A stretch of DNA of 64,000 bases, from assembly GCA_963696635.1 (NCBI GenBank), contig CAVOKX010000014.1, forward strand, positions 256,234-320,233, given 5' to 3'. The notes under the pieces are model-generated. The model did not search any database. It had not been told where the DNA came from and worked only from the letters and a program-made list of their open reading frames with translations. Both the position numbers and the translations under genes were made by a program. The stretch comes from an uncultured Acidobacteriota bacterium. Lineage in GTDB: Bacteria; Acidobacteriota; Terriglobia; Terriglobales; Acidobacteriaceae. This document shows positions 43,356 to 52,595 of this stretch, piece after piece (positions within the stretch are counted from its first letter, which is position 1; every line of letters starts with the position of its first letter).

Positions 43356-45830
43356 TCAAACCGGCGGCCCCGCCGGCGCCCCCGACGATTTGATTTTCGG
43401 CGTATTCTGACCGGGATTCCGCAAAAACAACGTGATCTCCTGATCGATCCGCTCCAGCGTCGGATTCTTCACCGCGCTCTTCCTCACCGCACTCTGCACC
43501 TCATGAACCCCAGCCAACGCAACTGCCTGCACCTCCGGCGTCGCATCGGGATTAGCAGCGAGAATCATCAACCGTTCAGCGATCTGGCTTTGCACCACCG
43601 CTGCTAAATCTTTTTCGCCCGCAGTCTTCGTCTCCGCGCCAAATCCTGCACTGACCAGGGCAGAAATAACAAATTGCGGCGAGAGTGCCTTGCTGTCTTG
43701 TCGCGAAATCACCGCCAGCCTTTCCACCCGTTGCGGATCCAGCAATCCCCCCACAACGATTTCTGCCACTGCCCGCGCCCCATCCTGCGGACTAAAAAGA
43801 TACCCCGCCGACGAGATGAACCGTTCCGGATCTGCTTCCCGATTCTCCACCGGCGCAAGCGCGCCCCAAAGTCCCGCCGGAATCGTCAACTCCGCAGGAT
43901 CCAGCGCCCGCAGCACCAGCCGCAAAGCTTCTCTCTGACTATCCGCAGGCCACACACTCACAGGCTGCTGTCCGTCCCCAACCAGCGAAAGTGGAACCTT
44001 CGCGCTTCCCACCACATTAATTGCCGCAGCCAAACCATAGCGATGAAACAAATAAATCAGCGGAAACCGCGACGCCAGCAGCGAAGTCGGTTCGCCCGCC
44101 CGCAGCATCCCCTCTCCATAGTGGGCCAGCAACGCGTCGCGCACCGGAAAAACTTCCCTAAGCCAACTGACCGGATCAGATCCGTCGTCGTAAGCATTCC
44201 AACGCGGATCCTCGTAATTCCCCCACACAATCCCTTTGGCGATCGCTCCCTTAACGATATCGTCGAGTCGCCCCCGCTCGTCTTTCGCCGAAATTCCCAC
44301 CGCGCCTTCGCTGTATCCCCACTCGATTGCGAAGCGATCGTAGCTGCCCGCCCCTTGCATATACGCATCGGAAAGATCAGCCGTCCCATCTCCCCGGATG
44401 CGCACCCGGGGCGCGAAATAATCCATCACCGATCCCCGCGCATACGTGCTGGCCAAGAAGTTGTGATCCAGGCCCAGCACGTGTCCCATCTCGTGGCAAG
44501 TAAGCAAAGCCAGGCGATTCAACATCGCCTCTTCTTCGCTGGTCTGCGGATCCAGGTTGTCGAGCGCCGCGAACGTATCCAGCGCAGGCTCCTCGGCTCC
44601 GCGCCCAGACGGGATCGTCGATTCCCAGTAGTTATTCACCGTCCGCATGCGATGCGAATCGAGTTGCACCACGCCATGAATAATCTCCCCGGTGCGCGGA
44701 TCGACGTGAACCATGCCCACCGACCACCCCCGGCCCGCCCGGTTCGTCCATTGAATCGTGGGATATCGAATGTCAAGCGGGTCCGCCCCCGCGGGAAGGT
44801 CGTCAATCCGCAACGCATCTTTGAACCCAGCCTGCTCAAACGCCGCATTCCACCACAACGCCCCACGCCGCGCCGCCGAGCGGATAGGCTCCGGAATCGC
44901 CCGATCCAAGTAGAAAACGATGGGCTTCACCGGCTCGCTCAGCGCAGCCTTCGGATCTTTTTTTTGCAACCGCCAGCGGTCCACAAAAATACGCGTGAGC
45001 GGACGATCATAGGCCTGAGAAAAATCCTGAAAGCTAGTTCCGAAAAATCCCACCCGCGGATCCTGCTCCCGCGGCTCATACCCCGGCTCCGGCAACGCCA
45101 CAAACGAGTGATGCTCCCGCACGCTCAACGTATGCGCGTCCGGCTGGTTCAACCGGCTCTCCGCCTCCGTGACGAAAGTCAGCAGTACTTCGAATTCGGT
45201 ATTCAAGGGAAAACTGCCGCTATGATCCGGATCAACCAGGCTACGCTCACGATCCAGCCGCCAATCCGCCCCAACCGACTTTTCATCCCGTACAGTCGCC
45301 CCTCCAACCACCCGGGTCGGTCGCCGCAACTGTGACAGCAAATCTGAAGCATCTCTCACGATTAGCGAACTGCCATCCACCAACACAGTGCCATCCTGCT
45401 CGGCTTCGACTGGAAGCGCCGCCAATACAGAGGTAGGAAAGCTCGACTCCACCGAATGCTTCAGCTCCGCGCTCCCCTTCTCGGCGCGAAAGCCAGTATT
45501 CTCTTGCACCACCAGCACGCGCCCACCAACCCGCCGGAAGCGGCACAACCCCGAACTCCCAAACGAACTCCGATCCGCGAACACTTGCGTCGACCCAATC
45601 CCCGTACCCATGCCCGTGAAGTACAGAAACTCCCGATCAAGCGAAGTCGGCGACAGCTCGAACAAAATGCCACCCTTCTTTTCATCCCAGTAGTAAGGAA
45701 GGAATCCCGCATGCCTCTGCAACCCGGCGGTGCGCGCCGCCACCGTCACCGCTCCCGCAGGCGCCGCAGAAGTCTGTGCGCCCGCGAAGGCGGCAGCGAA
45801 AACAACCGCAACAATCCCGACAATCTTCAT
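43356..45830 (-). CDS. Secreted zinc-dependent metalloprotease (DUF5117/DUF4953-type architecture)
   Basis: ATG at 45830 gives the signal peptide 'MKIVGIVAVVFAAAFAGAQT'. Zincin motif 'HEMGHVLGLDHNF'. Confidence 0.8.
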   Translation of the reverse strand: MKIVGIVAVVFAAAFAGAQTSAAPAGAVTVAARTAGLQRHAGFLPYYWDEKKGGILFELSPTSLDREFLYFTGMGTGIGSTQVFADRSSFGSSGLCRFRRVGGRVLVVQENTGFRAEKGSAELKHSVESSFPTSVLAALPVEAEQDGTVLVDGSSLIVRDASDLLSQLRRPTRVVGGATVRDEKSVGADWRLDRERSLVDPDHSGSFPLNTEFEVLLTFVTEAESRLNQPDAHTLSVREHHSFVALPEPGYEPREQDPRVGFFGTSFQDFSQAYDRPLTRIFVDRWRLQKKDPKAALSEPVKPIVFYLDRAIPEPIRSAARRGALWWNAAFEQAGFKDALRIDDLPAGADPLDIRYPTIQWTNRAGRGWSVGMVHVDPRTGEIIHGVVQLDSHRMRTVNNYWESTIPSGRGAEEPALDTFAALDNLDPQTSEEEAMLNRLALLTCHEMGHVLGLDHNFLASTYARGSVMDYFAPRVRIRGDGTADLSDAYMQGAGSYDRFAIEWGYSEGAVGISAKDERGRLDDIVKGAIAKGIVWGNYEDPRWNAYDDGSDPVSWLREVFPVRDALLAHYGEGMLRAGEPTSLLASRFPLIYLFHRYGLAAAINVVGSAKVPLSLVGDGQQPVSVWPADSQREALRLVLRALDPAELTIPAGLWGALAPVENREADPERFISSAGYLFSPQDGARAVAEIVVGGLLDPQRVERLAVISRQDSKALSPQFVISALVSAGFGAETKTAGEKDLAAVVQSQIAERLMILAANPDATPEVQAVALAGVHEVQSAVRKSAVKNPTLERIDQEITLFLRNPGQNTPKIKSSGAPAGPPV

Positions 45831-46001
45831 AGGCCTTGTCTTATACACCATGCATCGCCGTACGCTCAATAACTCGACAAGCGCGCTAGTGTTTCGAGTG
45901 AGAGGCTCATGCATGAAGTGGACGGTTTTAATTGAAAAGCAGACGCCTGGGATTGATAAAGTAGATCTGCCTATGACTAAGGGTGCGGGACGATTTGAAG
46001 A

Positions 46002-46021
46002 GGCACGGCTTCAGCCGCGCC
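46002..46021. repeat. REP-like hairpin copy
   Basis: GGCACGGC-TTCA-GCCGCGCC (one mismatch), in the divergent spacer between the protease and yjbQ. Confidence 0.5.
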
Positions 46022-46055
46022 GGAAGTCGTTCAAAAGGTAGTGACGGCACGGACC

Positions 46056-46457
46056 ATGCAAAAAATCACAATCAAAACCCACAAGAAGCGCGAAATCCTC
46101 GACATCACTGAAACGGTCGAATCTCTTCTCCGCAAAAATCACTCCCAAACAACGGGAATCGTCAATCTATTCATCCTCCACACCACGGCCGCCCTGGCCA
46201 CCGCTGACCTCGATCCCGGAACCGATCTCGACATGCTCGACGCCTTCGAAGCCATGATCCCCAAGCTCCGCTACCGCCATCCTCACAATCCAGCGCACGT
46301 GCCCGATCACATCCTCTCCTCGCTTATAGGAACATCCGTCGCGTTGCCCTTCGAGCATGGGCAACTCCTCCTCGGTACCTGGCAGCGAATCGTCCTGATC
46401 GAACTCGACGGCCCCCGCGAGCGCCATTTAGCATTCACCGTGACCCCGGAGAGCTAG
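46056..46457 (+). CDS. yjbQ: YjbQ/UPF0047-family protein (secondary thiamine-phosphate synthase family)
   Basis: 'ITETVESLL...GIVNLFILHTTAALATADLDPGTDLDMLDAFEAMIP...HNPAHVPDHILSSLIGTSVALPFEHGQLLLGTWQRIVLIELDGP' is characteristic of the family. Confidence 0.8.
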   Translation: MQKITIKTHKKREILDITETVESLLRKNHSQTTGIVNLFILHTTAALATADLDPGTDLDMLDAFEAMIPKLRYRHPHNPAHVPDHILSSLIGTSVALPFEHGQLLLGTWQRIVLIELDGPRERHLAFTVTPES

Positions 46458-46579
46458 CACGCATAACCTCCGGCGATTCCCGCTGAAAAATGTTTCACAC
46501 TTCCTATGTTCCGCTATCATTGCTGCTGACCGTAGCTAAAGCTTGCCGTAATCTCGCAAACTTTTAGGCGGTCAAAAAT

Positions 46580-47308
46580 ATGGCCATGTTCGCCTACGAC
46601 CCGACCCTTCTCATCGCTGTTCAATCAGCTCCTCAATCTATTCCCGACGTTGTTCAAATTCTTGCGGCTATCGACGCCACTTGTGACGACGCCGATGGCC
46701 TGAAATGGTTCAACCACCTTTATCTGCAGGTGACGCAGGCGGTAGAGGCGCGGGTCGTATCTGGTGGATTCAACGATCCCCTATGGCTCGTGCAACTCGA
46801 CCTGCAATTCGCGAGTCTCTATTTTTCTGCGCTCAAATCAGCGCTCTCTGGAGAGGCAGCGCCCAGTTGTTGGCAAGTCTTGTTTAATAGCCGCAACCAG
46901 GGCGCTATTGCGCGAATCCAGTTTGCCATGGCTGGTATTAATGCTCATATAAATCATGATCTCGCCGAAGCCATTGTCAGCACTTGTCAGACAACCGGCA
47001 CAACTCCCGATCACGGCGGAACCCACTACAACGACTACACTGCGCTAAATTCCACCCTTGATGCCCTGATTGAATCCTCTAAGGCGGAACTGAATCTCCG
47101 TCTTCTCGGCGGTGAGCTCCCGCCGATCTCTCGTCTGGAAGATACTATCGCTGCCTGGAACGTGAGCGCCGCTCGCGAAAAGGCGTGGCAAAACGCCCAA
47201 CATCTTTGGCAGTTCCGCGCGAGTGCGCTCCTTACTTCAAGCTTCATGGATATGTTGGATGGCTTCACCACTGTGATTGGCAAGACGCTCTTGGTGCCCG
47301 TGCCTTGA
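46580..47308 (+). CDS. DUF5995-like hypothetical protein
   Basis: 242 aa. 'FNHLYLQVTQAVE...WLVQLDLQFASLYFSAL...FAMAGINAHINHDLAEAI'. The family was recalled from memory. Confidence 0.45.
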   Translation: MAMFAYDPTLLIAVQSAPQSIPDVVQILAAIDATCDDADGLKWFNHLYLQVTQAVEARVVSGGFNDPLWLVQLDLQFASLYFSALKSALSGEAAPSCWQVLFNSRNQGAIARIQFAMAGINAHINHDLAEAIVSTCQTTGTTPDHGGTHYNDYTALNSTLDALIESSKAELNLRLLGGELPPISRLEDTIAAWNVSAAREKAWQNAQHLWQFRASALLTSSFMDMLDGFTTVIGKTLLVPVP

Positions 47309-47340
47309 ATTCCCGACTTCACCGGAGAACAAACTGTAAC

Positions 47341-47541
47341 TTACCCGCCCCCGACAAAATGAACAACCTCCAGGCGATCGCCGTCAGCTAGAACGGTTTT
47401 AGGCCATTGATCGCGGGCCACAATGCTGTGGTTGAGTTCCACGGCGACGCGGTCCGCTTTCATTCCCAACTGGTCCACCAGGCCGGCGAGCGTGAGCGGA
47501 GGATTGAACTCCCGAGCTTCTCCATTGATCTGCAATTTCAT
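47341..47541 (-). CDS. thiS: ThiS/MoaD-like ubiquitin-fold sulfur carrier
   Basis: 66 aa from the ATG at 47541. 'MKLQINGEAREF...LEVVHFVGGG' has the diagnostic C-terminal Gly-Gly. Confidence 0.75.
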   Translation of the reverse strand: MKLQINGEAREFNPPLTLAGLVDQLGMKADRVAVELNHSIVARDQWPKTVLADGDRLEVVHFVGGG

Positions 47542-47595
47542 TGTGTATGAATTTTCGCAGCCCACACGCGCTGGAGGCAAATAAGGTGTCGCGCC

Positions 47596-48186
47596 TTACG
47601 CTTCGACTTTGCGCAGATGAAATTTGCGGGTTGCAGTCCGTCCGGAGTAGTTCGCTTGCACGAGCACGGCCGAATCCGGCAGCGAGGATTCGTCGGCGTC
47701 GATCTTGAGCTCGGCCTCGCCCTCTGCATTCGTGACCACCTGGGTGTAAAACGGCGCAGCATCGGGACGGGCAAAGCGAACCGTCAACCGCGCTCCTTCG
47801 ACTGCCGCGCCTCCTTCGGTAACGCGCAGCCGCAGGGTCAGATTGCGATCTGAATGCACGGAGCCGGCATTCAGCCACAGCACATCGAGCTCCTTGATGG
47901 CGGCCAGCGCCTCGGGTGTGAAGCGTTTGTCGAGCACCCCGTCCAAGCGCCCGTCGCGAATGGAGTCGAGGACCAGACGATGCTGTTCGCGCAGGATTTG
48001 CTCTTTTTGCTGGTCGGTGAAGCCGGACTCGGCAGCCTTATCCGCGTACGAAACGGCGCGCTTCCCGATGCAGCGTCCGCGCACGAAGACCTGGGTCTGC
48101 AGAAGCAGTTCGTTCTCCCGGGCTTCGCTTTGCACGTGGTAAACCGTGTCCTCATGCTTCACGTCGGTATTGAAGCCAAAAATCAT
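47596..48186 (-). CDS. Conserved hypothetical protein
   Basis: 196 aa with good coding character ('MIFGFNTDVKHEDTVYHVQSE...'). The C-terminal half looks like an Ig/beta-sandwich. Lies 54 nt upstream of thiS. Confidence 0.5.
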   Translation of the reverse strand: MIFGFNTDVKHEDTVYHVQSEARENELLLQTQVFVRGRCIGKRAVSYADKAAESGFTDQQKEQILREQHRLVLDSIRDGRLDGVLDKRFTPEALAAIKELDVLWLNAGSVHSDRNLTLRLRVTEGGAAVEGARLTVRFARPDAAPFYTQVVTNAEGEAELKIDADESSLPDSAVLVQANYSGRTATRKFHLRKVEA

Positions 48187-48360
48187 GTGATCGTATTGAA
48201 CCCAATCCCAATTTAACGAATCCTACTTAATCATCGGCAAATACTGTGCGCACGTTAAAAGTTCGTCACAAAGTGGCTCGGTCGCTTGACACTGCCATCC
48301 GCGAAATCTAGTCTAGAATGTTTAGTTTCATGCTGGCTGCGAATTATATATAGCTCTCCT

Positions 48361-48756
48361 ATGCCGGACAATTACTTCGCTCGCTACCTGCCCTTATTAA
48401 TTCACCTCATCGTAGCAGGTGCGCTGGCTTCTGCCATCGTGTTGCTATCCTGGTTTATTGGCTACCGTCGGCCGACCCGGGCCAAGCTCTCTCCCTATGA
48501 ATGCGGCATGACGCCGGTAGGAGACGCCCGCGAGCGCTTCTCGGTGAAGTTTTACCTGGTGGCCATGCTCTTCATTCTGTTCGATGTGGAAGCCGTCTTC
48601 CTGTATCCCTGGGCGGTGATCCTGCGCGAACTCAAGATGTTCGGTTTTTGGGAGATGCTGGTTTATATCGGCATCGTGCTGGTGGGATTCTTCTATATCT
48701 GGAAAAAGGGCGTGCTGGACTGGGGCACCGTGGCGACAACCAGAGGCGAGGTTTAA
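48361..48756 (+). CDS. nuoA: NADH-quinone oxidoreductase subunit A
   Basis: 131 aa with three TM segments. 'LSPYECGMTPVGDARERFSVKFYLVAMLFILFDVEAVFLYPW'. Confidence 0.9.
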   Translation: MPDNYFARYLPLLIHLIVAGALASAIVLLSWFIGYRRPTRAKLSPYECGMTPVGDARERFSVKFYLVAMLFILFDVEAVFLYPWAVILRELKMFGFWEMLVYIGIVLVGFFYIWKKGVLDWGTVATTRGEV

Positions 48757-49253
48757 TGCCGCTGACTCCCCCCATCACCGACCTTGAGGCGCTGAAGGAG
48801 CATCCCGCCATTGCGAGGTTGCGATCCTGGAACTCGGCTTCGGTCGAGGGGGCGAAGTTTGATCGCGATGAGATGACCATCTTTATCGAGCGGGCTTGCA
48901 TCCGCGAGGCTTGCGTGATATTGCGGGACGATCCGGACTGTCCCTTCAATTATCTTTCCGATGTCACTTGCGTGGATTGGTATCCTTCACAGCCGCGCTT
49001 CGAGGTGGTGTACGCATTGCTGTCGATTCCCAACAAAGAACGCGTGCGGCTGAAAGTGCGATTAGGGGCCGATAGTCCGGTCGTCGAATCAGTGACCTCG
49101 GTTTGGCCGTCGGCGAATTATTTCGAGCGAGAGGTTTTCGATTTGTTCGGTATCCGGTTTACCGGGCATCCGTATTTGCGCCGTATTCAAATGCCCGAAG
49201 ACTGGGAAGGCCATCCGCTGCGCAAGGACTATCCGGTGGAGGGCTATCGCTAG
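48756..49253 (+). CDS. nuoC: NADH-quinone oxidoreductase subunit C
   Basis: 165 aa. TAATG overlap with nuoA. 'SVWPSANYFEREVFDLFGIRFTGHPYLRRI..PEDWEGHPLRKDYP'. Confidence 0.9.
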   Translation: MPLTPPITDLEALKEHPAIARLRSWNSASVEGAKFDRDEMTIFIERACIREACVILRDDPDCPFNYLSDVTCVDWYPSQPRFEVVYALLSIPNKERVRLKVRLGADSPVVESVTSVWPSANYFEREVFDLFGIRFTGHPYLRRIQMPEDWEGHPLRKDYPVEGYR

Positions 49254-49255
49254 TT

Positions 49256-50461
49256 ATGGCCCACATGACCTCCACGCCCGTGCTCGACCCCGGCCAGGAT
49301 CGGACGATGATCCTGAACATGGGCCCGCAACACCCGTCGACGCACGGAGTGTTGCGGCTGATTCTCGAAATCGATGGCGAGACCGTGGTGCGGCTTATGC
49401 CCGACATCGGGTATTTGCACACCGGTATCGAGAAGACTTGCGAAGCCAAGTTCTACCAGCAGGTGGTGCCGCTGACCGACCGCATCGACTACTTGTGCCC
49501 GATGACCAACAACCTTTGCTATGCGCTGGCGGTCGAGAAGTTGCTGGGGCTGGAGATCCCTCCCAAGGCGCAATGGCTGCGCGTCCTGATGAACGAGTTG
49601 ACGCGGATCAATTCTCACCTGGTGTGGCTGGGGACGCATGCCATGGACATTGGCGCGCTCACGGTTTTTCTTTACTGCTTCCGCGAGCGTGAGGATGTCC
49701 TGCGGTTGTTCGAGGCGATCAGTGGCCAACGCATGATGACTTCGTATTTCCGCATCGGCGGAGTAGCGCTGGAACCGCCGCTTGGGTTCTTTGACCGTGT
49801 CCGCGACTTCGCTAATCGTTTTCCTGCCAAAGTGGATGAGTACGAGAACCTGCTGACCGGGAATCCGATTTGGGTGATGCGGACAAAAGGTGTGGCGCGG
49901 ATTACCGCGGAGGATGCGATTGCACTAGGCGCGAGCGGGCCTACGCTGCGAGGAAGCGGCGTCGATTTCGATCTCCGGCGAGATATGCCTTACTCGGGCT
50001 ACGAGAATTTCAAGTTCAAAGTGCCGGTGTCGCATGAAGGCGACGTGTTCGCGCGGTACATCTGCCGGGTGCAGGAGCTTCGCGAATCAATCGCGATCGT
50101 TCAGCAAGCACTCGATGGAATGCCGGAGGGTGCGATCAAAGCGGACGCCCCGAAAGTTGTGTTGCCCGACCGGGAAAAGATGAAGACGCAAATGGAAGCG
50201 CTCATCTATCACTTCAAAATTATTACCGAGGGCTTTGCGGTTCCGGCGGGCGAGGTTTATCAGGCGGTGGAGTCGCCGCGCGGCGAAATGGGATATTACG
50301 TTGTGAGCGACGGAACCGCTAAGCCGTATCGCGTGCATATGCGTGCCGCGTGCCTGGCGAATCTGCAATTGCTTCCGAAAATGTGTGAGGGACGGTTGCT
50401 AGCGGACGTTGTAGCGGCGATCGGATCAATCGATATTGTGCTCGGCGAGATTGATCGATAG
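49256..50461 (+). CDS. nuoD: NADH-quinone oxidoreductase subunit D
   Basis: 401 aa. 'MILNMGPQHPSTHGVLRL', 'GYLHTGIEK', and the C-terminal 'GSIDIVLGEIDR'. Confidence 0.95.
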   Translation: MAHMTSTPVLDPGQDRTMILNMGPQHPSTHGVLRLILEIDGETVVRLMPDIGYLHTGIEKTCEAKFYQQVVPLTDRIDYLCPMTNNLCYALAVEKLLGLEIPPKAQWLRVLMNELTRINSHLVWLGTHAMDIGALTVFLYCFREREDVLRLFEAISGQRMMTSYFRIGGVALEPPLGFFDRVRDFANRFPAKVDEYENLLTGNPIWVMRTKGVARITAEDAIALGASGPTLRGSGVDFDLRRDMPYSGYENFKFKVPVSHEGDVFARYICRVQELRESIAIVQQALDGMPEGAIKADAPKVVLPDREKMKTQMEALIYHFKIITEGFAVPAGEVYQAVESPRGEMGYYVVSDGTAKPYRVHMRAACLANLQLLPKMCEGRLLADVVAAIGSIDIVLGEIDR

Positions 50462-50493
50462 GAATTGAGTAGTTTGGGAGCCAGCTTTGAAAG

Positions 50494-50513
50494 GGCGTGG
50501 CTTAAGCCACGCC
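50494..50513. repeat. REP-like hairpin copy in the nuoD-nuoE spacer
   Basis: GGCGTGGC-TTAA-GCCACGCC. Confidence 0.5.
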
Positions 50514-50664
50514 GAAAGTGAGTTCTTTGAAATGCGGGCTTTGGCCCCTGAGGCTACGGATTATTATTACCATCCGTGTGCCACGGTTCATCAACGAATT
50601 TTGACTGAGGACACTAGCGTTTCAATTGCACAATTACCCCATTGCTCAATTACTCGATGGCAAC

Positions 50665-51138
50665 ATGAAATTCTCGGACCAATTCGAGCAACGCTTCTCG
50701 GAGATGCTGACGCATTATCCGACGAAGCGGTCTGTACTGGTGCCTACGTTACTTTATGCGCAGGATGAGGTCGGATACTTGAACCATGACGTCATTCATG
50801 AGATCGCGCAGCGACTGGATTTGACCGACCTCGAGGTGAGCAATGTCATCAGCTACTACTCCATGCTGACTACCAAGCCTCGAGGCAAATTCAATGTCCA
50901 GGTTTGCACCAACATTGCGTGTATGCTGCGCGGCGGTGAAGACATTCTTGATCACTGCAAGAAGAAGCTGGGCATTGGGCACAAGGGCACAACGCCGGAC
51001 GGGATGTTTTCGCTCGAGGAAGTGGAGTGCATCGGAGCTTGCAGTTGGGCACCGGCGGTGCAAGTGAATTATGACTTCCACGAAAACTTGACGGCGGAGG
51101 AAATGGATAAGTTACTCGACGGATACAAGAAAAATTGA
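50665..51138 (+). CDS. nuoE: NADH-quinone oxidoreductase subunit E
   Basis: 157 aa from the ATG at 50665. 2Fe-2S ligands in 'VCTNIACMLRG' and 'ECIGACSWAP'. Confidence 0.9.
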   Translation: MKFSDQFEQRFSEMLTHYPTKRSVLVPTLLYAQDEVGYLNHDVIHEIAQRLDLTDLEVSNVISYYSMLTTKPRGKFNVQVCTNIACMLRGGEDILDHCKKKLGIGHKGTTPDGMFSLEEVECIGACSWAPAVQVNYDFHENLTAEEMDKLLDGYKKN

Positions 51139-51197
51139 GCGATTGAGCAACCGGGTAATGTTGCAATTGCCCGATTACTCAATTACCCAACTACAAA

Positions 51198-52511
51198 ATG
51201 GCATCTCTGGTTTCCCATCCCGACGAAGTAAAAGTCGTCTCCAAACGCTTTGGCAAAGGTGCGACCAGTCTTGATCGCTACCTGGAGCTCGACGGTTACA
51301 AAGCCGTGCAAAAAGCGCTAGGCATGCAGCCGGATGCAATTGTCAATCTGGTGAAGGACTCCGGGTTGCGCGGGCGCGGCGGCGCTGGATTCAACACCGG
51401 AATGAAGTGGTCGTTCGTTCCCAAACAATCCCCGAAGCCCAAGTACATTTTATGTAATGGCGATGAGAGCGAACCGGGCACTTGCAAAGATCGCCTGATT
51501 TTCGAGCACGACCCACACGCAGTGATTGAAGGCGTCGTGATCGCAGGAATTGCCACCGGATCGCACGCCGGATACATCTACATTCGGGGCGAGTACCGCT
51601 ATCTTTTGGAAATCATGCAGAAGGCGATCAAGGACGCCTACGCGCGCGGATTTCTGGGCAAGAACATTTTCAGCAGCGGCTACGACTTCGAGGTTTATTG
51701 GCATGGCGGCGCCGGAGCGTATGAAGTGGGCGAAGAATCGGCCCTGATGGAATCTCTCGAAGGCAAGCGCGGGATTCCGCGAATCCGGCCTCCGTTCCCG
51801 GCTGTGGTCGGTCTGTGGGGCGGACCGACGGTCATCAATAATGCGGAGACCCTGGCCAGTGTGCCGCATATTATCCTCGGCGGAGCCGAGTGGTTTGCCA
51901 AGCTGGGACCACCCAAGAATGGCGGGACGCGACTGTTCTGTTTGAGCGGACACTTGAATCGCCCGGGGGTTTACGAGCTGCCCATGGGCTACAACCTCAA
52001 AAAGATGATTTACGAGGTGGGCGGCGGCATTGCCAACGGGCGCGCGCTGAAGGCAGTGGTTCCAGGCGGTTCGAGTTGTCCGGTTTTGACGGCTGGCGAA
52101 ATCGATGTCTCGATGGATTTTGATTCGATGATGAAAGCCGGAACCATGCTTGGCTCCGGTGGCGTGGTGGTAGTGGATGACACCACTTGCATGGTGAAAT
52201 TTGCCTTGCGCATCATGAAGTTTTATCAGCATGAGAGTTGCGGATGGTGCATCCCTTGCCGCGAAGGCACGGACTGGCTGAAGAAAACGCTGACTCGATT
52301 TCATGCGGGTGGCGGGGTGCAGAAGGATATCGATAATATTCGCTACCTCGCGGAAAACATGCTGGGACGGACGTTTTGTCCGCTGGGCGACGCCGCGGCC
52401 ATGCCGACGATTTCCCTCGTGAAGAAATTCCGCAAGGAATTTGAAGATCATTTGGAAGGCAGGCCGTGTCCGTTTGAGAAGGCTGGCGTAGCGGACTTGG
52501 TCGTAGCTTAG
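51198..52511 (+). CDS. nuoF: NADH-quinone oxidoreductase subunit F
   Basis: 437 aa. 'GLRGRGGAGFNTGMKW', 'CNGDESEPGTCKDR', and 4Fe-4S 'ESCGWCIPCREG...CPLGD'. Confidence 0.95.
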   Translation: MASLVSHPDEVKVVSKRFGKGATSLDRYLELDGYKAVQKALGMQPDAIVNLVKDSGLRGRGGAGFNTGMKWSFVPKQSPKPKYILCNGDESEPGTCKDRLIFEHDPHAVIEGVVIAGIATGSHAGYIYIRGEYRYLLEIMQKAIKDAYARGFLGKNIFSSGYDFEVYWHGGAGAYEVGEESALMESLEGKRGIPRIRPPFPAVVGLWGGPTVINNAETLASVPHIILGGAEWFAKLGPPKNGGTRLFCLSGHLNRPGVYELPMGYNLKKMIYEVGGGIANGRALKAVVPGGSSCPVLTAGEIDVSMDFDSMMKAGTMLGSGGVVVVDDTTCMVKFALRIMKFYQHESCGWCIPCREGTDWLKKTLTRFHAGGGVQKDIDNIRYLAENMLGRTFCPLGDAAAMPTISLVKKFRKEFEDHLEGRPCPFEKAGVADLVVA

Positions 52512-52595
52512 ACATTTGTCGACGGTCGTTGGCTAAAACAATCGACGATGAAAGTTTTGCCAGCGACCAACGACCAATGACGAACGACGATTTTT

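Noticed and set aside
43674-45335. 553-aa plus-strand ORF
   Set aside because: It is antisense to the metalloprotease gene. Its Arg/Pro/His-rich, low-complexity translation is typical of the mirror frame of a GC-rich gene, whereas the minus-strand product has a signal peptide and an HExxH motif.
48286-48319. TTGACA (48286-48291) and TAGAAT (48314-48319) upstream of nuoA as a sigma-70 promoter
   Set aside because: The spacer is 22 nt, too long for a canonical promoter. The alternative -10 (TAGTCT, 17-nt spacer) is weak, so it was left uncalled.
51450-52451. 333-aa minus-strand ORF
   Set aside because: It is antisense to nuoF and is a shadow ORF.
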